Shown: positions 9,175 through 19,383 of the stretch, piece after piece
Position numbering within the stretch: the stretch's first letter is position 1
How the letters are laid out: each line of letters opens with the position of its first letter
Notes under the pieces: model-generated
Seen by the model: the letters and a program-made list of their open reading frames with translations, nothing else
Told to the model about the DNA's origin: nothing
Database searches by the model: none
From: Patescibacteria group bacterium
GTDB taxonomy: Bacteria > Patescibacteriota > Patescibacteriia > Veblenbacterales > UBA10138
Assembly: GCA_041645215.1 (NCBI GenBank)
Contig: JBAZQK010000002.1
Coordinates: 15,435 to 79,434, forward strand
DNA: 64,000 nucleotides
Reading direction: 5' to 3'
Translations under genes and position numbers: made by a program

Positions 9175-9833
9175 GCGCAATTTATTTTGACATTGGCGGA
9201 ACCTATGTTAGGACTGAAGTTATTAAAAATGGCCGAAGTTTATTTTATAAAAAAGTTCGTACAGCAAAAAATCGTATTAAATTTATTAGTCAACTAAAGA
9301 GCGTGATTAATAAGTTAGTTAAAAAATATAATTGTCAGCAAATTTGTTTTGGCGTGGCTGGTGTGGTTAGTGGTTCAAAGGTTATTTCTTGTGCTAATAT
9401 TAAATATTTAAGTAATTTTGATTTTAAAAAGATAGTTCCACCTCAAGTTAAAATTTTGGTGGATAATGACGCCCGAGCCTGGCTAAGTCAAATTGTGGTC
9501 AACAATCCGCAATTCCAAAATGGCACTATCTTAGGAATTACGGTCGGTACCGGTATCGGTCGGGCGGTGGCTCGGGATGGTAAAATTTTAAAAATAAAAA
9601 AGTTTGAACATCGGGAAAAATGGGAATCGGAATATCAACAGCGAAAATTTGAACCGAGTCCGAAATTAGCGCGTTGGTTTGCTGAAAAATTGCGGCCGAT
9701 TATCAATTTTTATAAACCTGATTTTATAGTCTTGGCTGGCGGTGTGATTGAGAAAAAACAGGGGTTTTATAGAGAGTTAGTAAATAGTCTAAGTAAAGGC
9801 AGTCCTAAGGTTAAAGTTGTTAAAGTGTTTTAG
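9171..9833 (+). CDS. ROK-family sugar kinase-like protein (short)
   Basis: DIGGT, DNDA and GTGIG motifs. Confidence 0.85.
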   Translation: MSAIYFDIGGTYVRTEVIKNGRSLFYKKVRTAKNRIKFISQLKSVINKLVKKYNCQQICFGVAGVVSGSKVISCANIKYLSNFDFKKIVPPQVKILVDNDARAWLSQIVVNNPQFQNGTILGITVGTGIGRAVARDGKILKIKKFEHREKWESEYQQRKFEPSPKLARWFAEKLRPIINFYKPDFIVLAGGVIEKKQGFYRELVNSLSKGSPKVKVVKVF

Positions 9834-9873
9834 TCAATTTGCTTGAAATTAGTCAAATCGCTATACTGTTTTT

Positions 9874-11118
9874 ATGCTGCAATCTCAATTATTTTCCAAA
9901 ACCTCCCGCCAAGTGTCAGCCGATGAGGTGTCTATTAATGCCAAGCTCTTAATTCAAGCCGGTTTTGTTGATAAGCAAATGGCCGGGGCTTACAGCTATT
10001 TGCCTTTGGGTTACCGCGTATTTAAAAAAATAGAACAAATCATTCGTGAGGAAATGAATGCCATTGGCGGCGAGGAAATGATTATGACCGCCATGCAGCC
10101 CAAGGAATTATGGGAGGCAACCGGGCGCTGGGAGACCGACGAAAATATAATGTACAAATGCGAGGACAAGAACGGTCCAACCGTCGGGTTAGCTTGGACT
10201 CATGAGGAGGCGGTGACGGTTATTGCCAAGCGTTTTATCAGTTCTTATCGCGATTTACCGCGCTATGTCTATCAACTGCAAACTAAGTTCCGTAATGAGC
10301 CGCGAGCTAAATCAGGTATTATGCGCACGCGTGAGTTTATAATGAAGGATTTATACAGTTTTCACGCGGACGAGGCTGATTTGGATAAATATTATGAAGT
10401 GGTCAAGCTGGCTTATTTAAAGATATTTGCGCGTTGTGGACTGGAGGCTTTGGTAGTGGAGGCCTCCGGTGGAGCCTTTACCAAAAATTACTCTCATGAA
10501 TTTCAGGTTATAACTGAAGCCGGCGAGGATTACACGGTTTATTGCGCCGCTTGTAAGTACGCGCAAAATCGTGAAGTTGCCCAAGGTAAAGTCGGTGAAG
10601 CTTGCCCGGCTTGCGCCCAGGCTAAACTGCAAGAAGCCAAAAGTTCAGAGGTGGGTAATATTTTTAAACTCGGCACAAAATTTTCCGAAAGTCTTAAGCT
10701 TTATTACACCGCCAAGTCAGGTGAACAAAAGCCGGTTATTATGGCATCATATGGAATTGGTCCGGGTCGGATAATGGGAACAATCGTTGAGGTTCATCAC
10801 GATGATGCCGGTATGGTGTGGCCCCCAAGCGTGGCTCCCTATAAAATTCATTTGCTGGCGCTGGCGAGCAGTGAAACGGCGCTAAGTAAAGCTGACCAGG
10901 CTTATTCCAAACTGACAGCGATGGGAATAGAGGTGCTGTATGACGACCGTCAAGAATCAGCCGGCATAAAATTAAAAGACGCCGACTTAATCGGTCTGCC
11001 GTGGCGGGTAGTTGTCAGCGCCAAAACCGGTGATAATTTTGAGATTAAGGCCCGCCACCAACCGACCAGCCAGCTGTTATCATATTCGGAGCTATTGAAT
11101 AAATTTAGTGTTCAGTAA
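9874..11118 (+). CDS. proS: Prolyl-tRNA synthetase (short form without the large editing domain)
   Basis: THEE, KFRNEPR, EFIMKDLYSF and YGIG motifs; anticodon-binding domain. Confidence 0.96.
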   Translation: MLQSQLFSKTSRQVSADEVSINAKLLIQAGFVDKQMAGAYSYLPLGYRVFKKIEQIIREEMNAIGGEEMIMTAMQPKELWEATGRWETDENIMYKCEDKNGPTVGLAWTHEEAVTVIAKRFISSYRDLPRYVYQLQTKFRNEPRAKSGIMRTREFIMKDLYSFHADEADLDKYYEVVKLAYLKIFARCGLEALVVEASGGAFTKNYSHEFQVITEAGEDYTVYCAACKYAQNREVAQGKVGEACPACAQAKLQEAKSSEVGNIFKLGTKFSESLKLYYTAKSGEQKPVIMASYGIGPGRIMGTIVEVHHDDAGMVWPPSVAPYKIHLLALASSETALSKADQAYSKLTAMGIEVLYDDRQESAGIKLKDADLIGLPWRVVVSAKTGDNFEIKARHQPTSQLLSYSELLNKFSVQ

Positions 11119-11159
11119 TTTACTGGACAACTTAGCGTTGTCAAGCTAAACTAGTATAT

Positions 11160-12203
11160 ATGTTTGGTATTTTTTTGCGCCGTTTTTCCAAAGACATGGG
11201 GATTGATTTAGGCACGGCTAACACTTTGGTCTACGTTAAAGATCGCGGTATTGTCGTGAACGAACCGTCCGTGGTTGCGATAAATTCTCGTACTGATCAA
11301 ATTGTCGCCGTGGGCGAAGAGGCTAAAAAAATGATCGGTAAAACTCCGGGCCACCTGGTAGTGAGTCGTCCTTTGGTCGGTGGCGTTATTTCTGATTTTG
11401 AGGTGACCGAAAAAATGCTTAAGTATTTTATTGATCGGGTACACCGTGAAACTTACACTATTTCGCCGCGACCGCGGGTGGTTATAGGAATTCCACTTGA
11501 TGTCACCGAGGTTGAACGAAAAGCGGTTGAAGACGCGGCTTTATCCGCCGGCGCCCGTGAGGTTTTGCTGATTGAGGAACCAATGGCGGCCGCCTTAGGC
11601 GCCCGTCTGCCGGTTAAAGAGGCGACTGGTCATATGATTGTTGATATTGGCGGTGGTACCACGGAGATTGCCGTGATTTCCTTGGGCGGCGTGGTAATGT
11701 CGCGTTCACTGCGACAGGGCGGCGACGATATGACGGAATCGGTCGTTCAATTTGTGCGCGATAATTTTAATTTATTATTAGGCGATCGTTCAGCTGAAGA
11801 CATTAAAATAAAAATCGGTTCGGCCGTGCCGTTGGATAAACCTTTGGAAATGCGGGTTCGGGGCCGTGATTTAATGACCGGTTTGCCCCGTGAGATTGTG
11901 GTGAATGACAGTCAGATTCGTGAGTCGCTGCAAAAGTTATTAAAGCTAATGATGGAGAATGTTAAAATCACCATTGAGAATACACCGCCTGAATTGGTAG
12001 CCGATATTTATGAGCGTGGTATATTATTGTCGGGTGGTGGTTCGCTGCTGCGCGGCTTAGATAAATTACTGGCGGGAGAATTGGCCATTCCGATTCAAGT
12101 GGTTGATGATCCGTTGACCGCGGTGGTACGCGGCACCGGGGTTATTTTGGAAGATTTAGAAAGTACGCGCGATTTATTATTGCCTTCAATCCAGCGATCT
12201 TAG
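11160..12203 (+). CDS. mreB: Rod shape-determining protein MreB
   Basis: GIDLGTANT, DIGGGTTE and GGGSLL motifs. Confidence 0.97.
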   Translation: MFGIFLRRFSKDMGIDLGTANTLVYVKDRGIVVNEPSVVAINSRTDQIVAVGEEAKKMIGKTPGHLVVSRPLVGGVISDFEVTEKMLKYFIDRVHRETYTISPRPRVVIGIPLDVTEVERKAVEDAALSAGAREVLLIEEPMAAALGARLPVKEATGHMIVDIGGGTTEIAVISLGGVVMSRSLRQGGDDMTESVVQFVRDNFNLLLGDRSAEDIKIKIGSAVPLDKPLEMRVRGRDLMTGLPREIVVNDSQIRESLQKLLKLMMENVKITIENTPPELVADIYERGILLSGGGSLLRGLDKLLAGELAIPIQVVDDPLTAVVRGTGVILEDLESTRDLLLPSIQRS

Positions 12204-12213
12204 TAAATTATTT

Positions 12214-13023
12214 ATGCAAGGTCAGGCTCGTCGGCGATTGAGTAAAATATTAATACTGCTGGCGGCGCTGGTTATTTTAAGCCTCCGACCGGTGTGGCGG
12301 ACCACGCAACAACTTACTCAACCAGCCATTAATTACAGTCTTGAGCTGGTTGATAGGTTGGCGTCCGGTATGGCAACTTTTTTGAACGCTGGTCAGTGGC
12401 AACGCGAAAACGAGCAATTACGCAACCAAGTAGCCTTATTGCACGGTAAGCTAGGCAGTTATGCCGAGTTGGTAAATGAGAACGAGCAATTGCGTCAACT
12501 TAACGCCATGGTTGTTCCGCTTGGCTATAAAAAAATAGGCTCGCGGGTGGTGGGTCAGCAGATAGATGAGTCGGGCTCATATTATTTACTTGATCGCGGC
12601 TGGCGTGATGGACTGCAGGTCGGTATGCCGGTGGTAGTGGGTTTAGAGCAGAGCCAAGACGTTGTGTCAGCTACTATATTGGGCACTATTCAAACAGTTA
12701 GTGAACGAATGTCGTCTTTTAATTTAACTACCTCCAGCGCCAGCCAAATTATAATTCAAATTAATAACGAATCATATACCCAGACCTTAGCCGCGGGCGA
12801 GTATAATTTAGCTATTAGATTAAAATTTATTCCCCAAGATAATAAAATTGAAGCCGGCCAGTTAGTGTTCACCAGTAATTTAAATCCTTTAATTCCACCG
12901 GGCCTATTGGTCGGCGTGATTAGTGAGGTAAGTCAGATTGAAGGTGATTTTTTTAAGTCGGCTATAGTTACGCCGCCGCTGGAGATTACTAATTTAAATT
13001 ATGTTTACGTTTTGGCTAAGTAA
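12214..13023 (+). CDS. mreC: Rod shape-determining protein MreC
   Basis: TM helix, coiled coil ENEQLR, DRG..DG, operon position. Confidence 0.9.
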   Translation: MQGQARRRLSKILILLAALVILSLRPVWRTTQQLTQPAINYSLELVDRLASGMATFLNAGQWQRENEQLRNQVALLHGKLGSYAELVNENEQLRQLNAMVVPLGYKKIGSRVVGQQIDESGSYYLLDRGWRDGLQVGMPVVVGLEQSQDVVSATILGTIQTVSERMSSFNLTTSSASQIIIQINNESYTQTLAAGEYNLAIRLKFIPQDNKIEAGQLVFTSNLNPLIPPGLLVGVISEVSQIEGDFFKSAIVTPPLEITNLNYVYVLAK

Positions 13024-13529
13024 TGCTCATGACAGTCTTAATCAATATTTTATTAGGATTAGTTTTAGTGGCCGGGCGTTGGTTACTGTTGGGCTGGTTT
13101 GGCCTAATAGCTGACGCTTTGTGGGTTAGCGGGGTTTTGTACTTTAATCGTCAAACCGGCTCGCAACGGGCTTTGTATTTGTTATTGGTTGGCAGTTTAG
13201 TGATTGATTTGGTATCATCAAAAACCTTTCCCCTATATACCGCCACGACTGGGATAGCCTGGTTTATTTACAGTGAATTTATTGGAGCTCATTTGTCATT
13301 TTTAGGCAGTTGGAACCGGTGGTTGTGTTTGACGGTTTGGTTGATTTTGTGGCGTGTCGTCCGTGTAATTCTAGTTTTATGGTTATGGTTTAGTGGCCTA
13401 GACGGCGCGGCACCGACCAATTTAGATTGGCTGACCTGGTTAATTTGGTTAGCGGGCGGAACCTTGGTTTGGTTGGTGGTGGAATGGTTAATTCGCATTA
13501 AACAGCTGCCTTATTATTTAGAACGGTAG
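13023..13529 (+). CDS. mreD: MreD-like membrane protein
   Basis: Multi-TM protein between mreC and mrdA. Confidence 0.6.
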   Translation: MLMTVLINILLGLVLVAGRWLLLGWFGLIADALWVSGVLYFNRQTGSQRALYLLLVGSLVIDLVSSKTFPLYTATTGIAWFIYSEFIGAHLSFLGSWNRWLCLTVWLILWRVVRVILVLWLWFSGLDGAAPTNLDWLTWLIWLAGGTLVWLVVEWLIRIKQLPYYLER

Positions 13530-13530
13530 T

Positions 13531-15453
13531 ATGACCCGGCCAAAGGATCCATTTGTAATAAAGGAAACTGGCGGCGATATTAAAGATCGCTCAGTTAGTG
13601 GTTTTAGTTGGCGGGCCTTGGAAGGCACTACTTTGGGAGAAGTTGGAGTGGCCACCTTGCGCCGGGTGATATCTCAGACTGTGCCGTATTTTTGGTTGGG
13701 CGGCATTTTGCTGGTCTTACTGGTCTTAGCCGTAAGATTGCTGTATTTGCAAGGTATACAAGGACAATATTGGCGCAATGTCGCCGAGGGTAATCGTATT
13801 CGATTGGAATATTTGCCAGCCATTCGCGGTCCGATGGTGGATCGGGCTGGACGCCCCTTAACGCGGAATACCCCAAATTTTAGTCTAGTGGCGACGCCGT
13901 CTGATTTGCCAAAAAATGAAGTTGAGCGTCAGGCGTTGCTGAATGATTTGCTCGCCCAAGTGCCGCCTGAACTTATCCACCAAGAAGAAATCAGCGCTTT
14001 GTCCAAGGCGTCTTATTTGCCGCAAGTTATAGCCTCTAACATTTCGCGAGAGTTAGCCTTGGTTTTAATGGTTAAGACGGCTGGTAGTAAGGGCGTTAAA
14101 GTGGCGTTGATTAACCAGCGTGAATATTTACTTGGTTCGGCCGCCGCTCATATTTTAGGATATGTCGGGCAAGTTACGCCAGCTGACTTTGAGTCGCCCG
14201 GTGCCAACTATTTATTAAATGACAGTATCGGAAAAAGCGGCCTGGAGTACACCTACGACGGCGTCTTACGCGGTCAGGTTGGTCGTAAAGAAGTGGAAAT
14301 TGACGCCCTGGGCCGTGAACAAAAAGTCTATGCGACTCAAGCGCCGCAAGTCGGCGGTAAATTAATTTTGACGATTGACAGTGAATTGCAGCAGGCGGCC
14401 TATGAACAACTAACCAGCGTGGTTAGTCAAACCGGGAAAGGTGGCAGTGTAGTGGCGCTGGATCCGACAACCGGCGAGATTTTAGCATTAGTTAGTTATC
14501 CTAGCTTTGATCCAAATATTTTTACCCTCCGGCGCGATGCTTTGGCTATTAAAAGTGTTTTATCTGACCCGCGGCGGAGTATGTATAATCGCCCCGTAGC
14601 CGGCGAATACCCGCCGGGCTCAACCATCAAACCGTTATTAGCCGCGTCTGGTTTAGCAGATGGCATCATAACAACCGCGACTACCGTAATGAGTACGGGC
14701 GGACTAAGTTTGGGTGACCAGTTTTTCGCGGACTGGAAGTCGGGTGGACACGGCCTGACCAATGTCTATAAAGCGATAGCTGAATCAGTCAATACTTTTT
14801 TTTATTTATTAGGCGGTGGAGCCCAGGATCGACCGGGCTTAGGAATAAATCGCCTGGATTATTATTTTGATTTATTCGGCATCGGTTACAAAACCAATAT
14901 TGATTTGCCGGGAGAAAGAGTTGGTTTTGTTCCAACCCCAAAGTGGAAGTTGGCGTTAAGAGGTGATCGCTGGTATCTTGGTGATACCTACAATGTATCA
15001 ATCGGGCAAGGCAATTTGCTGGTAACGCCGCTGCGTTTGGCAGTTGCTTACGCGGCGTTGGCGACAGATGGAGTAATACGTTGGCCTCATTTGGTTAGAC
15101 AAATTTTATATTCCGACGGTCAGGTTGAGGAAATTAATCCGAAAGAACTGGGTAAACTATCTTTTAGTCCGGAGGTTTTGCGGGTGGTGCAGCAAGGTAT
15201 GCGTCAGACCGTGACCGAGGGCAGTGCGCGCTCGTTGCAGGCTGTGGCGTGGCCGGTGGCTGGTAAAACCGGAACCGCCCAAACTGGTACGCGAACCGCT
15301 CCCCATGCTTGGTTTGCCGGTTATATGCCAGCTGTCAATCCGCGTTTTTTGGTAGTTGTGATGTTAGAAAACGGCGGTGAGGGATCCAGCGCCGCGGTGC
15401 CAATAGCGCGTAAACTTTTTGACCGGTATTACAATACCTATAAACAAAAATGA
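13531..15453 (+). CDS. mrdA: Penicillin-binding protein 2
   Basis: STIK, SVN and KTGT transpeptidase motifs. Confidence 0.95.
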   Translation: MTRPKDPFVIKETGGDIKDRSVSGFSWRALEGTTLGEVGVATLRRVISQTVPYFWLGGILLVLLVLAVRLLYLQGIQGQYWRNVAEGNRIRLEYLPAIRGPMVDRAGRPLTRNTPNFSLVATPSDLPKNEVERQALLNDLLAQVPPELIHQEEISALSKASYLPQVIASNISRELALVLMVKTAGSKGVKVALINQREYLLGSAAAHILGYVGQVTPADFESPGANYLLNDSIGKSGLEYTYDGVLRGQVGRKEVEIDALGREQKVYATQAPQVGGKLILTIDSELQQAAYEQLTSVVSQTGKGGSVVALDPTTGEILALVSYPSFDPNIFTLRRDALAIKSVLSDPRRSMYNRPVAGEYPPGSTIKPLLAASGLADGIITTATTVMSTGGLSLGDQFFADWKSGGHGLTNVYKAIAESVNTFFYLLGGGAQDRPGLGINRLDYYFDLFGIGYKTNIDLPGERVGFVPTPKWKLALRGDRWYLGDTYNVSIGQGNLLVTPLRLAVAYAALATDGVIRWPHLVRQILYSDGQVEEINPKELGKLSFSPEVLRVVQQGMRQTVTEGSARSLQAVAWPVAGKTGTAQTGTRTAPHAWFAGYMPAVNPRFLVVVMLENGGEGSSAAVPIARKLFDRYYNTYKQK

Positions 15454-15725
15454 AGCCTCTCCCTTTTGTACAAAAGGGAGGGTATCTTCCGATACCCGCC
15501 TAACCGCTCGTGCGCCTGCTCGGCCCACGGTCCCGCTAAGCGGGGCGGGCCGGCCAAGATCAGCCTAGGGCTGACAAGTGTTAAGGTGTTCAGGAGGATT
15601 AAGTATTCATGAAGCTTCAGACTTAAGCGCTTGACAGGTGTTTAATTTGTCATTATCTTTAGTTTGTTATCAAATTACCCCATTAGAACCTGTTTGTCGC
15701 CAATCCAAATTGGTACAGATAGTAA

Positions 15726-15890
15726 TAGGACTTACGCGCTGGCCGCTTGCCGGGCTGGCGGAGCCCGACCCCGCAAGCGGCTTTGGCCAATTTCTTCGTT
15801 AAAACCTCTGCTTGGCGTTCATCCCGCCAGGGCGGGACTCGCTCCAATGCTCGGTTTTGCCTCGAACTTGGCGCAAACGCGTAAGTCCTA
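15726..15890. mobile_element. MITE family B, copy 1 (165 bp)
   Basis: TIR TAGGACTTACGCG/CGCGTAAGTCCTA; 5-bp TSD AGTAA. Confidence 0.9.
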
Positions 15891-15915
15891 AGTAATTAAA
15901 CAATTGTCAATTTAT

Positions 15916-16377
15916 ATGAGTAATCAGAGTTATATAACTAAACCAGGGTTGGACAAACTAGCACAAGAGCTAAAAGTGTTAAAAACTGATAAACGTAAAG
16001 CCATCGCCAGTCGTATCCAGGAAGCTAAAGAGTTGGGTGATTTATCGGAAAACGCCGAGTATGCTGAAGCAAAAAACGAACAGGCGTTTATTGAGGGCCG
16101 CATTATTGAGATTGAAAATTTGCTTAAGAACGCCATAATCATAAAGGCTGAAACCGGCAGTGAGGTGGTAAAAATTGGCTGTACGGTTATTTTTGATGGG
16201 CCCCACGGCGAAAAAAAATATACCATTGTCGGCTCCAACGAGGCCGACCCCAGCCGGGGTTTAATTTCTAACGAGTCGCCCATCGGCCAGGCTTTTTTGG
16301 GAAGTAAGGTGGGTGACACGGTTGAAGTAAAGTTACCCAAGGGCGTAGTTCACTATAGCGTAACAAGTATTAAATAG
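15916..16377 (+). CDS. greA: Transcription elongation factor GreA
   Basis: GDLSENAEY and ISNESPIGQA motifs. Confidence 0.97.
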   Translation: MSNQSYITKPGLDKLAQELKVLKTDKRKAIASRIQEAKELGDLSENAEYAEAKNEQAFIEGRIIEIENLLKNAIIIKAETGSEVVKIGCTVIFDGPHGEKKYTIVGSNEADPSRGLISNESPIGQAFLGSKVGDTVEVKLPKGVVHYSVTSIK

Positions 16378-16479
16378 CCTCCTAAGTTATAACACTCCAC
16401 CCGAAGTACATTGGGGTGGTAGCCAAAACGTCCGTCCTCCGCTGTCCTCAAAAAGGTGAACGAAGGATAATAAATTATG

Positions 16480-16505
16480 AACGCTCGTTATTAGGCGGGC
16501 GTTTT
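16480..16505 (+). terminator. Probable intrinsic terminator after greA
   Basis: AACGCTCG-loop-CGGGCGTT followed by T-tract. Confidence 0.55.
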
Positions 16506-16564
16506 AGTTTGTCAAAATGGCTAAAGTCCATTAAAATATAGTCACTTAATTAACCATCATATTT

Positions 16565-18097
16565 ATGTCGTCACGTGAAGAACAAGAATTAAAAAGCCGA
16601 TTAGATAAGTTGAAGCAATGGTCTAAGTTGGGAACCGAGTTATATCCGTCAATTTGTCGGCGTCAACATACTTCAATTGATATAATAAAGCTGGCGCAAG
16701 GGCAAAATTTGACTTTACTGGGCGAGGATTTAAGTCCGACAGCCTCAATGATGGTTTATACGGCCGGACGACTAATGACCCTGCGTCCGCACGGATCGCT
16801 GGTGTTTGCCACCTTGCAGGACCAGGCCGGGTTGATTCAGCTGGCGTGGCTGAAAAACAAGACGAAGCCGAAAGAGTGGGAGTTGGTGCAGGCGCTTGAC
16901 CGCGGTGATATTATTGCCGCCGCCGGGCCAATTGTAAAAACTAAAAGTGGCGAGGTAACAGTTTTGGTAAAGGAATTCACGCCGCTGGCTAAAGCCTTGC
17001 GGCCGTTACCGGAAAAATGGCACGGCCTAAAGGATGTCGAGGCCAGGCTTAGGCAACGCTATGTTGATTTAATGATGTCGGCGGAAAGTCGTGAACTTTT
17101 TATTAAAAAAAGCCGGTTTTGGCAGACGGTTCGTTCTTATTTAATGACCGCCGGTTTTATGGAGGTAGACACATCAGCCTTGGAGGTAATTGCCGGCGGG
17201 GCAGACGCCACGCCATTCGTAACGCACCACCAGGCCTTAGATAAAGATTTTTATCTGCGCATATCTTTGGAATTGCCCTTAAAGCGTTTGCTGGTAGGAG
17301 GTTATGAAAAAGTGTTTGAAATTGGCAAAGTTTTTCGCAATGAAGGTATAGATACCGAGCATTTGCAGGATTACACTATGTGCGAGTTTTATTGGGCTTA
17401 TGCCAATTATGAGGACCTAATGTCATTCACGCAAAAAATGTATCAAGAGATTGTGCAAGCCGTAACCCATGCACCAGAGTCACTGCGCGGCACGGTGCCG
17501 GGCGCAGCTGGTGGTCTTACCACCACGTATCAAGGCACGATGATTAATTGGGCAGGGGAGTGGCCGCGCCGAGACTATTTTGCTTTGATAAAAGAAATAT
17601 CGGGTGAGGATTTAGCCGGCGTTACTGAAGTAACAGCTTTGCGTAAATTGCTTGATAAGCATCATCTTAAATATGAAGCTAGTATGGGCGTGGGGCGTTT
17701 GATTGATTTGTGGTTTAAGAAAAAAGTGCGCCCACAAGTAACTGGTCCGATATTTTTGATTAATCATCCGGTGGAAGTGTCGCCCTTAGCTAAACGCGAC
17801 CCTAAAAATCCAGCGCGGGTGCAAAGGCTGCAGATTATCGCCGGCGGTTCGGAATTGGGCAATGGCTTTTCTGAACTTAATGACCCGTTTGACCAGCGCA
17901 GCCGTTTTGCCGAGCAGGCTAAATTGCGCGCCGCTGGTGACAGTGAGGCCATGATGCTGGACGAAGATTTTATTACCGCTTTGGAATATGGCATGCCGCC
18001 CGCCGCCGGCTTTGGCCTGTCCGAGCGGCTATTCAGTTTTATAGTTGACAAATCCATCCGCGAAACCACTCTTTTCCCGCCGATGAGGGATAATTAA
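16565..18097 (+). CDS. lysS: Lysyl-tRNA synthetase (class II)
   Basis: YLRISLE, FRNEG, ELGNGFSELND and YGMPP motifs. Confidence 0.97.
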   Translation: MSSREEQELKSRLDKLKQWSKLGTELYPSICRRQHTSIDIIKLAQGQNLTLLGEDLSPTASMMVYTAGRLMTLRPHGSLVFATLQDQAGLIQLAWLKNKTKPKEWELVQALDRGDIIAAAGPIVKTKSGEVTVLVKEFTPLAKALRPLPEKWHGLKDVEARLRQRYVDLMMSAESRELFIKKSRFWQTVRSYLMTAGFMEVDTSALEVIAGGADATPFVTHHQALDKDFYLRISLELPLKRLLVGGYEKVFEIGKVFRNEGIDTEHLQDYTMCEFYWAYANYEDLMSFTQKMYQEIVQAVTHAPESLRGTVPGAAGGLTTTYQGTMINWAGEWPRRDYFALIKEISGEDLAGVTEVTALRKLLDKHHLKYEASMGVGRLIDLWFKKKVRPQVTGPIFLINHPVEVSPLAKRDPKNPARVQRLQIIAGGSELGNGFSELNDPFDQRSRFAEQAKLRAAGDSEAMMLDEDFITALEYGMPPAAGFGLSERLFSFIVDKSIRETTLFPPMRDN

Positions 18098-18098
18098 T

Positions 18099-18461
18099 AT
18101 GGTAGAGAATTTATTGATTCGTTTTGTTGATTCTGCAATCTCCGCGGAGTTACTTAAACAAGTAGCGGCGGAACGATTTGGTGATATGGTTAAAGCAGTG
18201 GTTGATGTGGAGCGCAAAGTAATGGCTATAGGCGGTGAGCTTCATGCCGACGAAGAGCAGTATCTTTTAGAGAATGGTTCTATCCCAACCGACTTGTGGG
18301 GTATTAACATTTATATTAACCAGCCCTTACCGCAAGCCGTAGAATTTGATTCCATGATTAACGTGCGTCCCAGCCAAGCCAATCGCTCGCGGGGTGTGGA
18401 TAATGAGGAGTTGCGGAAAAAGATTATTGGGGTTGTACAATCTTTAGTAGGCCAACCTTAA
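18099..18461 (+). CDS. DUF5674-like protein
   Basis: VKAVVDV...GGELHAD...LWGIN...EFDSMINVRP pattern, recalled from memory. Confidence 0.7.
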   Translation: MVENLLIRFVDSAISAELLKQVAAERFGDMVKAVVDVERKVMAIGGELHADEEQYLLENGSIPTDLWGINIYINQPLPQAVEFDSMINVRPSQANRSRGVDNEELRKKIIGVVQSLVGQP

Positions 18462-18469
18462 ACCGTATC

Positions 18470-18520
18470 GTCATTGCGAGCACGTTCACTACGTTCAGTG
18501 TAAACTCCGCGAAGCAATCT
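18470..18520. repeat. GTCATTGCGAG...GAAGCAATCT palindromic-element half
   Basis: Resembles RPE-type repeats; related sequences at 33544 and 63895. Confidence 0.55.
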
Positions 18521-18539
18521 AATCTATATGTAATTACTT

Positions 18540-18905
18540 ATGCAACATCGTGATTTATCAGCTGGCAGGTGGAATGAGCTTTCGGTAAGCGCGCAGTTCG
18601 CGAACATCGGCAGCGAGGTAGGGCGAGCTATGTCCGCTCACGAGCAAGGCCTTATGGCGCGTCAAGAAGCAGCTCTTAGACGTGCGTTTGAACTGATTGA
18701 TATGACGCTAACCAATATGACTTTGCGTTCATCAGCCAGACGCGAGGCGGCGCGAGTGCGGGAGTTGGTGGCAGATTACTTTTATGGAGATAATAGTTAC
18801 CAGACTAATCGTCAACAATGGGACAGATACTTTAACCAGTTCGCGGTGGCCGCCAACGCCGCCCGCCGCGAGACCACTCCTTTCCCGCCGATGAGGGATA
18901 ACTGA
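18540..18905 (+). CDS. Helical hypothetical protein whose C-terminus is a copy of the lysS end
   Basis: Ends RETTPFPPMRDN; LysS ends RETTLFPPMRDN. Confidence 0.8.
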   Translation: MQHRDLSAGRWNELSVSAQFANIGSEVGRAMSAHEQGLMARQEAALRRAFELIDMTLTNMTLRSSARREAARVRELVADYFYGDNSYQTNRQQWDRYFNQFAVAANAARRETTPFPPMRDN

Positions 18906-18938
18906 TATATCGAAATTTCGATATATTGATATATCAAT

Positions 18939-19379
18939 ATGGCATCAATCAAGAAATTTGAAGATTTGGTTTGTTGGCAGAGAGCTCGGCAACTGGCCAA
19001 TGAAGTATTTAACTTGACAGATAAAAGTCAATTTAAAGATTTTGACCTTAAACGACAAGTACGGCGAGCCGCAGTATCACCAATGTCCAATATAGCTGAA
19101 GGTTTTGACAGAGCAACCCGTAATGAATTCATAGACGCTTTATACATTGCCAAAGGAGAAGTTGGCGAAGTTAGGAGTCAGACTTACTTAGCTTTTGATA
19201 GAAAATATATCAATCAGTCCGAATTAGAATCTTTATTAAAACTGACTGATGAATGTTCTCGCTTAATTCAAAGCTTTGCCTATAAAGTTAAGGGCGGCTC
19301 TAGGCAAGGCATTCAGTTTAAAACAGTAAAGAAAGCTGATGATTTAGATGAACTGATTAATAGTTATATTGATAAATAA
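18939..19379 (+). CDS. Four-helix-bundle protein (23S rRNA IVS protein/bAvd-like family)
   Basis: FEDLVCWQ, QVRRAAVSPMSNIAEGF and AKGEVGE motifs. Confidence 0.92.
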   Translation: MASIKKFEDLVCWQRARQLANEVFNLTDKSQFKDFDLKRQVRRAAVSPMSNIAEGFDRATRNEFIDALYIAKGEVGEVRSQTYLAFDRKYINQSELESLLKLTDECSRLIQSFAYKVKGGSRQGIQFKTVKKADDLDELINSYIDK

Positions 19380-19383
19380 AATT

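Noticed and set aside
15664-15891. ORFs over repeats (also 53759-54034, 52031-52225, 56858-57133, 61486-61722, 26424-26796)
   Set aside because: These are chance translations of MITEs and palindromes.
18939-19379. Diversity-generating retroelement
   Set aside because: Only an Avd-like fold is present; there is no reverse transcriptase and no TR/VR pair with adenine-specific mismatches.
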